Shown: positions 9,316 through 19,036, counted from the stretch's first letter. The stretch: 64,000 nt of DNA from Thermoplasmata archaeon (GCA_036404475.1 DASWZL010000019.1:7181-71180); one strand, 5' to 3'. Translations and numbers: made by a program. Notes: generated by a model not told the origin, from the sequence alone.

Positions 9316-10032
9316 GTGTCGGACCGCACGACCGATCCGCGACGGGTCTCTCGGGCTTCCTGGAAGGGGACCGTCCGCTCCAGCTGGAATCGCGTCTCCT
9401 ACCGGTACCGTCCCCGAAATGCGTCTTCCGACTGTTTCGGGCACCTCGAGAGGGACTACCGTGCCTGGCTCGGCCCGGTCTTGACGACGCTTCCCCGTGG
9501 CTCGGAGGTGCTCGACCTCGGGTCCGGGAGCGGCATCCCCGCGGCGCGGATCCTGGCCGGCCGGTTCCGAGTGACCGGGGTCGACATCTCCGACGTCCAG
9601 GTCCGCCGGGCCCGCCGCCTCGTCCCGCGAGCTCCCTTCGTTCGAGCGGACCTCTCCGAAGTCGACTTTCCCCCGAACACCTTCGCCGCGGTGGTCGCCC
9701 TGTACTCCCTCATTCACGTACCTCGCGAGGAGCACCGATCCCTCTTCCGGAAGGTGGCCCGGTGGCTGGTCCCGGGTGGATGGTTCCTCTCGATCCTCGG
9801 CCACTCGGAGTACGAGGGAAAGGAGTCCGGATGGCTCGGTTCGGACGCCCCGATGCTCTGGAGCCAGCACGGCGCGGCCACCTACCGACGTTGGTTCGGC
9901 TCGGAGGGTTTCCGCATCGTTCGAGAGGAGTTCATCCCCGAAGGCGACGGGGGGCACCAGCTGTTCGTGACCCGGAAAGGGCGGTCGAAACCCGTCCGTC
10001 GGACTAGCGCCCAGAAGCCGACCGAGGGGTAG
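9316..10032 (+). CDS. Class I SAM-dependent methyltransferase (start uncertain, GTG 9316 proposed)
   Basis: VLDLGSGSGIPA (motif I), VTGVDIS and FAAVVALYSLIHV are present. It is the 3' third of track ORF 7693..10032. There is no ATG in frame after the citrate synthase start. Confidence 0.8.
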   Translation: MSDRTTDPRRVSRASWKGTVRSSWNRVSYRYRPRNASSDCFGHLERDYRAWLGPVLTTLPRGSEVLDLGSGSGIPAARILAGRFRVTGVDISDVQVRRARRLVPRAPFVRADLSEVDFPPNTFAAVVALYSLIHVPREEHRSLFRKVARWLVPGGWFLSILGHSEYEGKESGWLGSDAPMLWSQHGAATYRRWFGSEGFRIVREEFIPEGDGGHQLFVTRKGRSKPVRRTSAQKPTEG

Positions 10033-11053
10033 GGAAGACCAGCACCCGACCCTCCTCGGCCGACCCGAGCTCGTCGACCTCGTGGAGGACCCGCACGGCC
10101 TCTTTACCGGTCACGGTGAGGTGGTACGATTCGGAGGAGTGTGTGATGAGCCCCTCCTCTTGAAGGGTCCTCAGGTGGAACGAGAGCTTGGGAGAGTCGT
10201 CGATCCCCGCCGCGCGCATCACCTCGGTGAACGAGGTCGGGCCCTCCGAGAGCCGGCGCAGGATGTGGCGCCGCAGCGGGTTCGCGAGGGCGCCGAGGGT
10301 GCCCTGGACGCGGACCGCGGAGATCGCCGCCCGCACCTGCAGGACTGCCGTGTCGGGAAGCACGCTCGGGTCGAAGCCCACCGCGATCGGTCCTTTCCCC
10401 TCCGTTCGCTGGACGATCTCGCTGAGAGCGTGAGCCACGTCTTCCGTCCGGTGGGTCGCGAAGAGCCGCTCGACCCCGGCGATGATCACCGCCGGACGGG
10501 GGTGGCTTTCGACGAACCGCAGGACCGTGTCCTGCAGCCCGGCCGGAGAATCCACCATCGGAAGGTCCGCGACCGTGACGCGGGCCAACGGCTTTCGCGG
10601 GGTCGCGCCGAGCAGCAGGATCTCGTGGCCCGCCTTCGCCCACTTCTCGGCAAGACGGACGGGGTCCTTCTCGCCCCCGCTCGGGACCGAGAACGCGCGC
10701 TGGTCCTGGATCAGGGACACAATCCGCTGGACCGCTTCCGAACGGAACGGTTTGCGGACGTAATCGAACGCGCCGAGCTTCATCGCCTCGACCGCGGCCT
10801 CGACCGTTCCGAAACCGGTGATCATGATCACGTAGACCCGCGGCCAACGCTCGCGCACCTGGCGCAGGAGCTCGATACCGTTCATCCGGGGCATCCGCAC
10901 GTCCGAAAAGATCACGTCGAACTCGGTGGCCTCGAGGGCCTCGACCGCCTTCGCGCCCGAAGAGACGGCCTCGACCTGGTGGCCCCAGTCCGAAAGGAGG
11001 GTCGAGAGCTCTTCGCGGAAGACCGCGTCGTCGTCGACCACGAGCAACCGCAT
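10004..11053 (-). CDS. Response regulator: receiver + DUF835-like middle domain + C-terminal ArsR-type winged helix
   Basis: It starts at MRLLVVDDD (ATG 11051-11053). Receiver motifs are FSDVRMPRMNG, ITGFG and KPF. The C-terminus is LANPLRRHILRRLSEGPTSFTEVMRAAGIDDSPKLSFHLRTLQEEGLI. Confidence 0.85.
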   Translation of the reverse strand: MRLLVVDDDAVFREELSTLLSDWGHQVEAVSSGAKAVEALEATEFDVIFSDVRMPRMNGIELLRQVRERWPRVYVIMITGFGTVEAAVEAMKLGAFDYVRKPFRSEAVQRIVSLIQDQRAFSVPSGGEKDPVRLAEKWAKAGHEILLLGATPRKPLARVTVADLPMVDSPAGLQDTVLRFVESHPRPAVIIAGVERLFATHRTEDVAHALSEIVQRTEGKGPIAVGFDPSVLPDTAVLQVRAAISAVRVQGTLGALANPLRRHILRRLSEGPTSFTEVMRAAGIDDSPKLSFHLRTLQEEGLITHSSESYHLTVTGKEAVRVLHEVDELGSAEEGRVLVFPTPRSASGR

Positions 11054-11130
11054 GGGTATCGAATCCCTTTTCCCGCAATAACGCTGCCTGCCCCGGAATC
11101 CTCCGGGACGAAGCTCACGCGGGCCCGGTG

Positions 11131-12588
11131 TCAGGGTCGGCTCTCGGTGGGCGGTCCGACGGTGTTCGCGGTCAGGCGGGGAAGGTGCACCAAGAACGTC
11201 GACCCCTTCCCGACCTCGGATGCGACCTCGATCGTCCCACCGTGGGACTCTACAATCCCGATGCAGATGGCCAGGCCGAGGCCCGTGCCTTTCCCTTCGG
11301 GCTTCGTGGTGAAGAACGGCTCGAACAGGTGGGCGCGCGCGTCGGGGGGGATTCCCGCCCCGTTGTCGGCTACGCTCAGGTGGACCCACTCCGGGTCCGC
11401 CGTCAGCCGGATGTCGATCCGTCCTTGACCGTTCAGCGCGTCGTAGGCGTTGTTCAGCAGGTTCGTGATCACCTGGTTGATCTGGTCTCGGTCGCCGCGC
11501 ACGATGAGCGGTTCGTCCGGCAGCGCGACGGCCACCTCGACCGCGGCCGATTGCTTGCCCTTGAGGAAGCTCGTGACCGCGCGAAGGGAATCGCCGAGGT
11601 CGACCTCCCCGACCTTCGCCTCGGGGCGGCGGGCGAAGTCGAGGAGACCCCGGACGATCCGGGCGGCCGACTCCGTCTGGTGGAGGAGGGAATCGACCCG
11701 TCCCCGAGTCCAGGAGTCCGTGGTGCGCCGGCGGACCGACTCCGCGATGAGCATGATGTTCGCGAGCGGGGTGTTGATCTCGTGGGCGACGCCGGCCGCG
11801 AGCTGGCCGAGCGAAACGAGGCGGTCGGAGTGCAGGGCCTGGCGCTCCAACCGGCGCAGCTCGGTCAGGTCGACCGCCACGCCGAGGAAGTGAGTGATCA
11901 CTCCATCATCGCCGCGGATTGCGGTGATCGTGATCAGCACCGGATGCTCGACGGCGGCCCGGTCCCGGTTGATGAGCTCCCCGGACCAGGAGCCGAGCCT
12001 CGGGTCGAGAAGGTCCTTCCACATCTGGGTGTAGGCCGCCGGGTCCGTCCTCCCGCTCGCGACTAGGTTCGGTCGCTGACCGATGACCTCGTCCCGTCGG
12101 TACCCGTAGATCCGCTCGAACGCCGGGTTGACATCGATCAGGAAGCCGTCCCGATCGGTGAGCTCCATCGCGTTGGTGGAGTTCAGGAACGCCTGGTGGA
12201 ACAGCCGGGCCGAGGCGGCAGGGTCTTGGTAAACCCCGGTCCGGTCGTGGAAGACCAAGAGGACTCCGGTGACCCCGCCCGACTCGTTCGACTGGGGGTA
12301 GAAGTCGACATCGACTACGTGGCGGCGCTTCCGTCCGAGCGCCTCGAGTCGGAACCCGTGAAGAGACCGCGACCGCTCCTCGCCCTGGGCCCGCGAGCGC
12401 CCCTCCTCCAATCGTTCGTGCCCCGAGGTCAGCAGGTCCGCGAGCTTGCGGCCGACCGGGTCCTCCTCGACCCCGAGGAGCTCTCGGAACGCCGGGTTCG
12501 CCCGCTCGATGCGCCCGTCCGGGTCGAGGAGAAGCGCCCCCATCGGCCCGCGCTCGAACGTCGCTTCGAACCAACCGCGGTCGGGCAT
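11131..12588 (-). CDS. Cytoplasmic sensor histidine kinase with two PAS domains
   Basis: H-box AAGVAHEINTPLANI, N-box NLLNNAYDAL, G1 DNGAGIP, G2 GKGTGLGLAI. No TM segment is seen. Start is MPDRGWFEA (ATG 12586-12588). Confidence 0.9.
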   Translation of the reverse strand: MPDRGWFEATFERGPMGALLLDPDGRIERANPAFRELLGVEEDPVGRKLADLLTSGHERLEEGRSRAQGEERSRSLHGFRLEALGRKRRHVVDVDFYPQSNESGGVTGVLLVFHDRTGVYQDPAASARLFHQAFLNSTNAMELTDRDGFLIDVNPAFERIYGYRRDEVIGQRPNLVASGRTDPAAYTQMWKDLLDPRLGSWSGELINRDRAAVEHPVLITITAIRGDDGVITHFLGVAVDLTELRRLERQALHSDRLVSLGQLAAGVAHEINTPLANIMLIAESVRRRTTDSWTRGRVDSLLHQTESAARIVRGLLDFARRPEAKVGEVDLGDSLRAVTSFLKGKQSAAVEVAVALPDEPLIVRGDRDQINQVITNLLNNAYDALNGQGRIDIRLTADPEWVHLSVADNGAGIPPDARAHLFEPFFTTKPEGKGTGLGLAICIGIVESHGGTIEVASEVGKGSTFLVHLPRLTANTVGPPTESRP

Positions 12589-12701
12589 TTTCAGGCCGCC
12601 CCGAGACTCCCGGCGGCTATGGGCTTTCCCGTACCCATGAGAGGCGATGTCAAGCCGGTTCCACGGGGAGACGAATACCCACTTCGACGCTGTTTCGGAC
12701 A

Positions 12702-13100
12702 ATGGTCCGCCCGTTGCTACTGGTAGTTCGGGAGACCCCGAGCCTCGCCGACTCGGTCCAGATCCTTCTGGAGACGGTCGGGTTCCGCGTGGTCTCGTTC
12801 GGGTCACTTTCCTCAGCGCTCGACCGGATCGAGGACCGGACGGCGGAGCCGATCCGGGCGATCGTGGTCGCCTGCAACCAGGCGTACAGCGAGGCCCTGC
12901 GCGGCTACCCCGGGTCGTTTCCGGTGGAGGCCCGGGACGTTCCGCTCCTCGTGGTCGGTCAACGCGCCCTCCAAGGCGGGAGGCAGTGGCCGGCGAACGT
13001 TCGCTCGCTCGGGCTACCGCTCGACTCGGGCGCTCTCGTGACCGCCTTGGCCCACCTCACGGGAATCGAGGCCGCAGGTCCCCCGGCCAGCGCCCGCTGA
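12702..13100 (+). CDS. Stand-alone receiver-like (pseudo-receiver) protein lacking the canonical acidic pocket
   Basis: It has a CheY-like alternating beta/alpha pattern (LLLVVRE..., FRVVSF, IRAIVVAC, PLLVVG, LGLPL). RE replaces DD and there is no obvious phospho-acceptor Asp. Third-codon positions look GC-rich, as in coding sequence. Confidence 0.5.
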   Translation: MVRPLLLVVRETPSLADSVQILLETVGFRVVSFGSLSSALDRIEDRTAEPIRAIVVACNQAYSEALRGYPGSFPVEARDVPLLVVGQRALQGGRQWPANVRSLGLPLDSGALVTALAHLTGIEAAGPPASAR

Positions 13101-13118
13101 AGGCTCGCGCGGAGCTGA

Positions 13119-14441
13119 TTACTTACCCACGGTCCGAAGGAACTCCTCGAGGACCTTCGACACGCCGTTCCCGAGGTCGTCGTACTCGTACCGGACCGAT
13201 ATGATCGGCTGCGGCACGTGGACGAGGCGCGCCAGGTCGACCGGGCTCCCATCGACGACGAACTCGGCGTTCGACTGACGGATCGTCTCCTCAAGGTCCC
13301 TCACCTGCGCCTCCCCGTACCCCATCGCGGGGAGGATGCGCTGGAGGTGGGGGTACTCCTTGTACACCCCCGCGATGCTCCCGACCGCGAACGGTCGCGG
13401 GTCGACGATCAGCGCGCCGTGGCGTTGGGCGATGAGCGTGCCGGCGCCCGTGTCGAGCCCGCCGTGCGTGACGGTCGGTCCGTCCTCGACGACGATCGTC
13501 CGGTGCCCGCGGAGACGTTCCGCCTCGGGAGCAAGGAGCTTGAGCCCCGCGCGAACCACCTTCGCCGCGGGGTTCGCCCGCGCGGCGTTCTGTTCGATCG
13601 TCTTGACCCCCTCGGGAGGGGCCGAGTCCGTCTTGCTGATCACGATCACGTCCGCCATCCGGAAGTTCGCCTCCCCCGGATAGTAGGAGAGCTCGTGGCC
13701 GGCCCGGTAGGGGTCGGCGACGACGAACATGAGGTTAGGGGCGTAGAACGGGAGGTCGTTGTTGCCTCCGTCCCACAGCACGATGTCCGCCTCCGCCTCG
13801 GCCCGACGCAGGATCGGTTCGTAGTCCACGCCCGCGAAGACGACCGCGCCGTCGCGAATGTGGGGCTCGTACTCTTCGCGCTCCTCGATCGTGCATTGGG
13901 CGCGGTCCAGGTCCTCCATGGTGGCGAACCGCTGGACCGCCTGCGCCATGAGGTCCCCGTACGGCATCGGGTGGCGAACGATCGCGACCCTCTTTCCGTG
14001 CTGGCGGAGGTAGCCCGAAACGAACCTCGTCAGCGGGCTCTTGCCGGCGCCCGTGCGCACCGCGCAGACGCTCACCACCGGCTTCGACGAGGGCAACATG
14101 GTCGCCTTCGGGCCGGCGAGCAGAAAGCTCGCTCCCGCGGCCAGCGCGATGGAGGCCTTGTGCATGACCTCGGTGTGCGGAAGGTCGGAGTACGACAGGA
14201 CCACCGTGTCGACCGATTCCCGACGGACGAGGTCCTTGAGTTCGCTCTCCGGCACGATCGGGATGCCCTTCGGGTATCCCGGGCCGGCGAGACCCGCCGG
14301 GTAGACCCGGCCGGAGATGTTGGGGATCTGCGCCGCCGTGAACGCGACCACGTGAACGTCCGACCGGCCGCGGTAGAGGACGTTGAAGTTGTGGAAGTCC
14401 CGGCCGGCCGCACCTACGATGACGACTCGCTGAAGAGCCAT
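13119..14441 (-). CDS. COG2403-type P-loop protein (annotated in databases as predicted GTPase / cyclic 2,3-diphosphoglycerate synthetase-like)
   Basis: It starts at MALQRVVIVGAAGRDFHNFN (ATG 14439-14441). Walker A is VRTGAGKSPLT, and DGGNND is present. It is 440 aa. It forms only the C-terminal part of the 963-aa track ORF. Confidence 0.7.
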   Translation of the reverse strand: MALQRVVIVGAAGRDFHNFNVLYRGRSDVHVVAFTAAQIPNISGRVYPAGLAGPGYPKGIPIVPESELKDLVRRESVDTVVLSYSDLPHTEVMHKASIALAAGASFLLAGPKATMLPSSKPVVSVCAVRTGAGKSPLTRFVSGYLRQHGKRVAIVRHPMPYGDLMAQAVQRFATMEDLDRAQCTIEEREEYEPHIRDGAVVFAGVDYEPILRRAEAEADIVLWDGGNNDLPFYAPNLMFVVADPYRAGHELSYYPGEANFRMADVIVISKTDSAPPEGVKTIEQNAARANPAAKVVRAGLKLLAPEAERLRGHRTIVVEDGPTVTHGGLDTGAGTLIAQRHGALIVDPRPFAVGSIAGVYKEYPHLQRILPAMGYGEAQVRDLEETIRQSNAEFVVDGSPVDLARLVHVPQPIISVRYEYDDLGNGVSKVLEEFLRTVGK

Positions 14442-14497
14442 GCGGGTCGGACCGAGTCGGGCTAGATAAGCCGTTGGTGGGCCCCGGCTCACGGGGG

Positions 14498-15949
14498 TCA
14501 ATCGCCCGCTTCCGGGCTCGGCACGGCGGCCGCAGGTGACGAAGGGCCCCGAAGGATCGACGGCACGAGCGCGGCGAGCAGTAGGATGGCCGAGATGACG
14601 AAGATCAGGTGGATCGCCATGAGGAAACTCGCGCCCCCGGTGAACGGTACGGAGGAGTTCGCGACCCCGAGGAAGATCGCCTGGATCGACGAGAGGGGGA
14701 TGACCGAGCTCATCACGACGAGGGTGATCCCTAGGCTGATGGTCGAGCCGGTGTTGAGGAGCGTCGAACCGATCGCCGATGCCACCCCGCGACGTTCGGG
14801 CCGGACGGCGGTCATCATCGCGGCCCGGTTCGGGGAGGCGAAGAGCCCCATCCCCGCCCCGACCAGGACCAGCGCGGGGGCGAGGGCGAGGAACGAATCG
14901 TTCGGTCCGATGGTCGCGAGCCAGAGGAAGCCGGCGGCCGAGACCCCGAGGCCCGTGACGAGGAACGGACGCGGGCCATAGTGGTCCGAAAGCCAGCCGC
15001 TCACCGGTCCCAGCACCGCCAGCGACGCGGAGGTAGGGATGAGGAACAGCCCGGCGGTGAGCGGGCTCAGGAACCGGGGCGGCCCCTGGAGGTAGAAGAC
15101 CAGGACGAACGTGAACGCCCCTCGGGCGAGGGCGTTCAGGAACATCCCGAGCCCGGAGGCCGCGAACTGACGGTTGCGGAAGAGGGAGAGGTCGAGCATG
15201 GGATACCGCTCGTGCATCTCGACCCAGAGGAAGACGACGAGGATGGCGGCCCCGACGAGGACGCTCGCGATCGCGACCGACCCCGACACCTGACCGAGCG
15301 CCCCGAGCGTGACGCCCAGCAGGAGTACCGAGAGCCCCGTCGCGAACAGGATGTTCCCGAACCAGTCGATATGGGGTCTCGTCTCGGGCTTGGCGATCTC
15401 CTTGAGGTCGGCGCGAGCCCGCAGGGTCGCGATGAGGCCGATCGGAACGTTCACGAAGAAGATCCACCGCCACCCGATCGTGGACGTGATGACGCCTCCC
15501 AGGACGAGCCCCGAGACGGCCCCGACGACGATGGAGACCTGGTTCACCCCGAGCGCCCGGCCGCGCTCGTTCGGCGGGAAGGCGTCCGTGATGATCGCCG
15601 CCGAGTTCGAGAAAAGGAACCCCGCCCCGACCGCTTGCACGAGGCGGAAGACGACGAGCTCGAGCCCCGTGCCCGAGAACCCGCACAGCAGCGATCCTCC
15701 CGTGAACACAGCGAAGCCAAGAACGTAGAGGCGCACCCGGCCGAACATGTCGGAGAGCCGGCCGAAGTTGACCAGCACCACCGACGTGAGCAGCGAGTAC
15801 CCGATGAGGATCCAGAGAAGGAGGGTCGCGTTCGTCCCCGGAAGCTCGCGGCCGATCGTCGGGAGCGAGATGAGGACGATGTTCGAATCGATCGCCGACA
15901 TCAGCGTCGCGACCGTCGTGTTCGAGAGGACGAGCCATTTGTACTGCAC
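14498..15949 (-). CDS. MFS transporter, DHA2/EmrB-like (about 14 TM)
   Basis: GRLSDMFGRVR (MFS motif A) is present, along with many hydrophobic helices over 483 aa. Confidence 0.85.
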   Translation of the reverse strand: MQYKWLVLSNTTVATLMSAIDSNIVLISLPTIGRELPGTNATLLLWILIGYSLLTSVVLVNFGRLSDMFGRVRLYVLGFAVFTGGSLLCGFSGTGLELVVFRLVQAVGAGFLFSNSAAIITDAFPPNERGRALGVNQVSIVVGAVSGLVLGGVITSTIGWRWIFFVNVPIGLIATLRARADLKEIAKPETRPHIDWFGNILFATGLSVLLLGVTLGALGQVSGSVAIASVLVGAAILVVFLWVEMHERYPMLDLSLFRNRQFAASGLGMFLNALARGAFTFVLVFYLQGPPRFLSPLTAGLFLIPTSASLAVLGPVSGWLSDHYGPRPFLVTGLGVSAAGFLWLATIGPNDSFLALAPALVLVGAGMGLFASPNRAAMMTAVRPERRGVASAIGSTLLNTGSTISLGITLVVMSSVIPLSSIQAIFLGVANSSVPFTGGASFLMAIHLIFVISAILLLAALVPSILRGPSSPAAAVPSPEAGD

Positions 15950-16071
15950 GGCTACACGACCTCCCGAGAGCTCGACGCTCCCCGGGCTCCGGGGACCCGG
16001 GGAGGCTCACCCGCCATCAGGGGGTACTCCGGACGGACGGCGCGACCTTCGCGGACACGGCGGGTGATGGG

Positions 16072-16515
16072 TCATCCGAGCGGGGTCGAGGACGATTGAT
16101 AGCCGGCAATCTCCGAGCTGAGCTTGTCGACGTATTGTCGGAAGGTGGCGAGGATGTTCCTCGTGGTGATGACCCCGACCACCTGGTCCCCCGAGCGAAC
16201 GACCAGCCGGCGGATCCCGAGTTTGGCCATCACCGTGACGACCTCGTCCACCGGCGTATCGGGGGAGCAGGAATGGGGATTCGGCGACGCCAGCTCTTTC
16301 AGGAAGACGTGGGAGGGATCCTTGCCACCGACGAGGACCTTCTCGAGGAAATCCCATTCGGTGACGATGCCGGTCACGGTCTTCGATCCCCCGTGGGTCA
16401 CGATCGCGTAGCCCTTCCGCTGCGCGACCATAGCGCGCGCGCACGTCAGCGCGTCGGTCTCGTCGTCCATCCCCAGGATGGACGCGTCCATGATGTTCTT
16501 GGCCAGGAGCACCAT
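16072..16515 (-). CDS. CBS-domain pair protein
   Basis: It starts at MVLLAKNIMD (ATG 16513-16515). Two CBS repeats are present (GIVTEWDFL, GVITTRNIL). Confidence 0.85.
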   Translation of the reverse strand: MVLLAKNIMDASILGMDDETDALTCARAMVAQRKGYAIVTHGGSKTVTGIVTEWDFLEKVLVGGKDPSHVFLKELASPNPHSCSPDTPVDEVVTVMAKLGIRRLVVRSGDQVVGVITTRNILATFRQYVDKLSSEIAGYQSSSTPLG

Positions 16516-16608
16516 GCCCGGGTCAACGTCGCGAAGGTTATGAGAATGCGGTCGCCTCCTTCGCCCGTGCCGTGGAGGACGGAACTCCTCGGCGGTGGAA
16601 GGTGACGT

Positions 16609-17676
16609 GTGGGAACCACGGGCCCGACCGAGCGACCGGTTCCCGAGGTGGACGTCACCCTTGTGTCGGGATTCGGTTTCTCGTGCCTCCCCGGTTGCGG
16701 CCTCTGCTGCTTCGCCTCCCCACGCCTTGACCGGGACGACGAGACCCGCCTCCGCGCCGCGGCTCCGAAGGCGGTGATCGCCCTCGAGGACGGGGAGCGG
16801 TGCGTGGCCGCACGACCGGACGGCGGGGCATGCCAGTTCCTGAAGTACCTTCGATGCGCGGTGCATGCGGCGCGACCCGCCCCGTGTCGAGAGTTCCCGG
16901 TCTCCGTCCATATCGGAACGCGTCTCCAGGCGACGGTCGTCCTCTCCTGTCCGGGCCTCCGGCTCGAACCGCTCATCTCCTCCGGCTCGGCCGAAGCGCC
17001 CGTTCGGCCCTTGGACCTCGACTCCGAGCTCGCGTCGGTGCGCCGACGGCTCACCCCCGCGGTCGAACGACGACGCTCGGAGTCCGAGCGACGTCGACGA
17101 CGGATCGTGCGGGAGCTCGAGGACCAGGGCCGCTGGGTGGACGAGGAGGGGGTACGTCAGCGACTCAGCGAGCGCCGCCTGATCCCCGCGTCCTCCGAGT
17201 ACTTTCCCGAGGAACCGCCCGCGGCCGAAGAGGGGCTCGCCCGGCTTCCTATGTACTACGACGGTCGCGCGGGCCCCGTTGCGCTGGCGCAGGGTCTCGG
17301 AGGCTGGGAGGCCCTCGAGCTCTCTCCGGAGGGGGGGTCCCGCCCGATCGGCATCGCGATGCCTCCCGACCAGCCCCCGACCCTAGAGCGGGACGCGGAT
17401 GCGCTGCTGTCGGGGTACCTTCGCTACTGGCTGGCCCGGGACGGTTTCCTCGCGGCGGTCCACCTCGGGATGCTGTCGACCCCTGAGGGAAGCGTCGTCG
17501 ATGCGACGCTCGACGACCTGCATGCGATCGGGTCGGACGTCCTGGCCCGAGGCGCGGTCCGCGCCAAGCTGAGGGGGGACGCCGGGGCCCGTCTAACGCG
17601 GGTGGACATCGAGGCGGGAATCCGCGGGACCGACCAGGACTGGCTCGACCGACCCACCTGGGGGAGCCGGCTCTAG
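16609..17676 (+). CDS. YkgJ/UPF0153-type Cys-cluster protein with long C-terminal extension of unknown function
   Basis: Cys-cluster motifs: CLPGCGLCCF ... GACQFL ... CAVHAARPAPCREFP. Confidence 0.6.
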   Translation: MGTTGPTERPVPEVDVTLVSGFGFSCLPGCGLCCFASPRLDRDDETRLRAAAPKAVIALEDGERCVAARPDGGACQFLKYLRCAVHAARPAPCREFPVSVHIGTRLQATVVLSCPGLRLEPLISSGSAEAPVRPLDLDSELASVRRRLTPAVERRRSESERRRRRIVRELEDQGRWVDEEGVRQRLSERRLIPASSEYFPEEPPAAEEGLARLPMYYDGRAGPVALAQGLGGWEALELSPEGGSRPIGIAMPPDQPPTLERDADALLSGYLRYWLARDGFLAAVHLGMLSTPEGSVVDATLDDLHAIGSDVLARGAVRAKLRGDAGARLTRVDIEAGIRGTDQDWLDRPTWGSRL

Positions 17677-18821
17677 GGAGCCGGGAACCGGTCTCCGAGC
17701 TTGGCCTCGAGCTGACCGACCAGGCTCCTCTCATCGTTCTCGGTCCAGGGGGAAGGGTCGAGCAGCGGGTGGTCGGCCCAAGTCCGAGGGGCGTCTCTTC
17801 CGACGACCGCGGCAAAGTCGTCCCGCCAGCCCGTCGGAAGGGGCGAGCCGTTGTCCGGCGCGGGAAGCCCCGCCAGGATTATCCCGGCGCGGGCCAGCAC
17901 TCGGCTCACCGACTCGGCTCGGTAGCCGCCGCCTCCGGTCACCAGGAGACGGCCGTGGGTGAGCTCGCCGGCCAAGGAAAGGACCGTGCGGTCGACCTCG
18001 GCGTAGGCGGCCGGGGAGTACTGAAGATGGGCGAGCTCGTCCCCGTAGTGGCCGTCGACGCCGTGCTGAAGGACGATGACATCCGGCTGGAACCGTCGCA
18101 GGAGCGGCGGGACCAGGCGCCGGAACATGGGCAGCAACGCTTCGTCGCCCGCGCCCGGCGGGAGCGGCACGTTCGCCTTCAGGCCGGCGCCGTCCCCGCG
18201 GCCGACCTCGTGCGGGAACCCGGTGCCCGGGAACAGCGTGCGCCCGTCCTGGTGGAAGTCGATGTCGAGGACCTGGCCGGAGTCGTAGAAGCCGTACATC
18301 ACGCCGTCGCCGTGGTGGGCGTCGATGTCGATGTAGGCGACCCGATGGCCGTTCCGGACGCCTCGCGCGACCGCGATCGCCACGTCGTTGAAGATGCAGA
18401 AGCCGCTCGCCCGGTCGGGGTGGGCGTGGTGGAGCCCCCCTCCGGGATGGAAGGCGGGCCGTCGGTGCTCGGTCGTGTAGTCGAGCGCGTCCACCGCACC
18501 TTGAACGATCCTCGCGGCCGCCTCGTAGCATCCCCGGAAGGAGGGGGTGTCCCCCCCATCGAGGAAGAGCTCCCTTCCGAGGCCGCTCGCCCTCTTCACG
18601 AACTCGAGGTAGTCGGGCCGGTGGAACGACTCCAGCGTCGGGCGGCTGGCTACCTCGACCGAATGGGACCACCCCAAGACACCGGGATGGAGGCCCGACG
18701 TGACGGATTCGAGCAGATGAGCCGCCAGCCCCCTGCTCCGCTCGGAGAAGGGATGGTACGGTCCAAAATCGTAGTCGAGGAACCGGTCCGTCCAGACCAC
18801 ATGGGCGCGGGCCGTCGGCAC
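17673..18821 (-). CDS. Histone deacetylase-family (AcuC/acetylpolyamine amidohydrolase-like) Zn hydrolase
   Basis: HDAC-family motifs: GGGLHHAHPDRASGFCIFNDVAIA, DIDAHHGDGV, GGGGY. Confidence 0.9.
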   Translation of the reverse strand: MPTARAHVVWTDRFLDYDFGPYHPFSERSRGLAAHLLESVTSGLHPGVLGWSHSVEVASRPTLESFHRPDYLEFVKRASGLGRELFLDGGDTPSFRGCYEAAARIVQGAVDALDYTTEHRRPAFHPGGGLHHAHPDRASGFCIFNDVAIAVARGVRNGHRVAYIDIDAHHGDGVMYGFYDSGQVLDIDFHQDGRTLFPGTGFPHEVGRGDGAGLKANVPLPPGAGDEALLPMFRRLVPPLLRRFQPDVIVLQHGVDGHYGDELAHLQYSPAAYAEVDRTVLSLAGELTHGRLLVTGGGGYRAESVSRVLARAGIILAGLPAPDNGSPLPTGWRDDFAAVVGRDAPRTWADHPLLDPSPWTENDERSLVGQLEAKLGDRFPAP

Positions 18822-19036
18822 TCGTCACCACCGCCCGTTCATGCGACGGCGGCTCCCGGGGACGTGGGCGCCGTCGAACGGACCCCGGAACCTATCGACG
18901 GTCGAGCCGCGCGAAAATCGAGGTCCGGCATGGGCGGTCGCCAAGACCGAGCCTCGAAATAAGTCATCGGGGGCGGAGGGGCGCGCGCCCGCCACCATTA
19001 TGAGCGTGCCGGGGTCGGCGGGGGTGGGGCGTTCCG

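Noticed and set aside
14442-16010. The N-terminal 520 aa of the 963-aa minus-strand ORF 13119..16010
   Set aside because: It is an alternative frame over the MFS transporter gene (14498..15949) with a low-complexity R/P/G-rich translation. The real gene starts at the Met at 14441.
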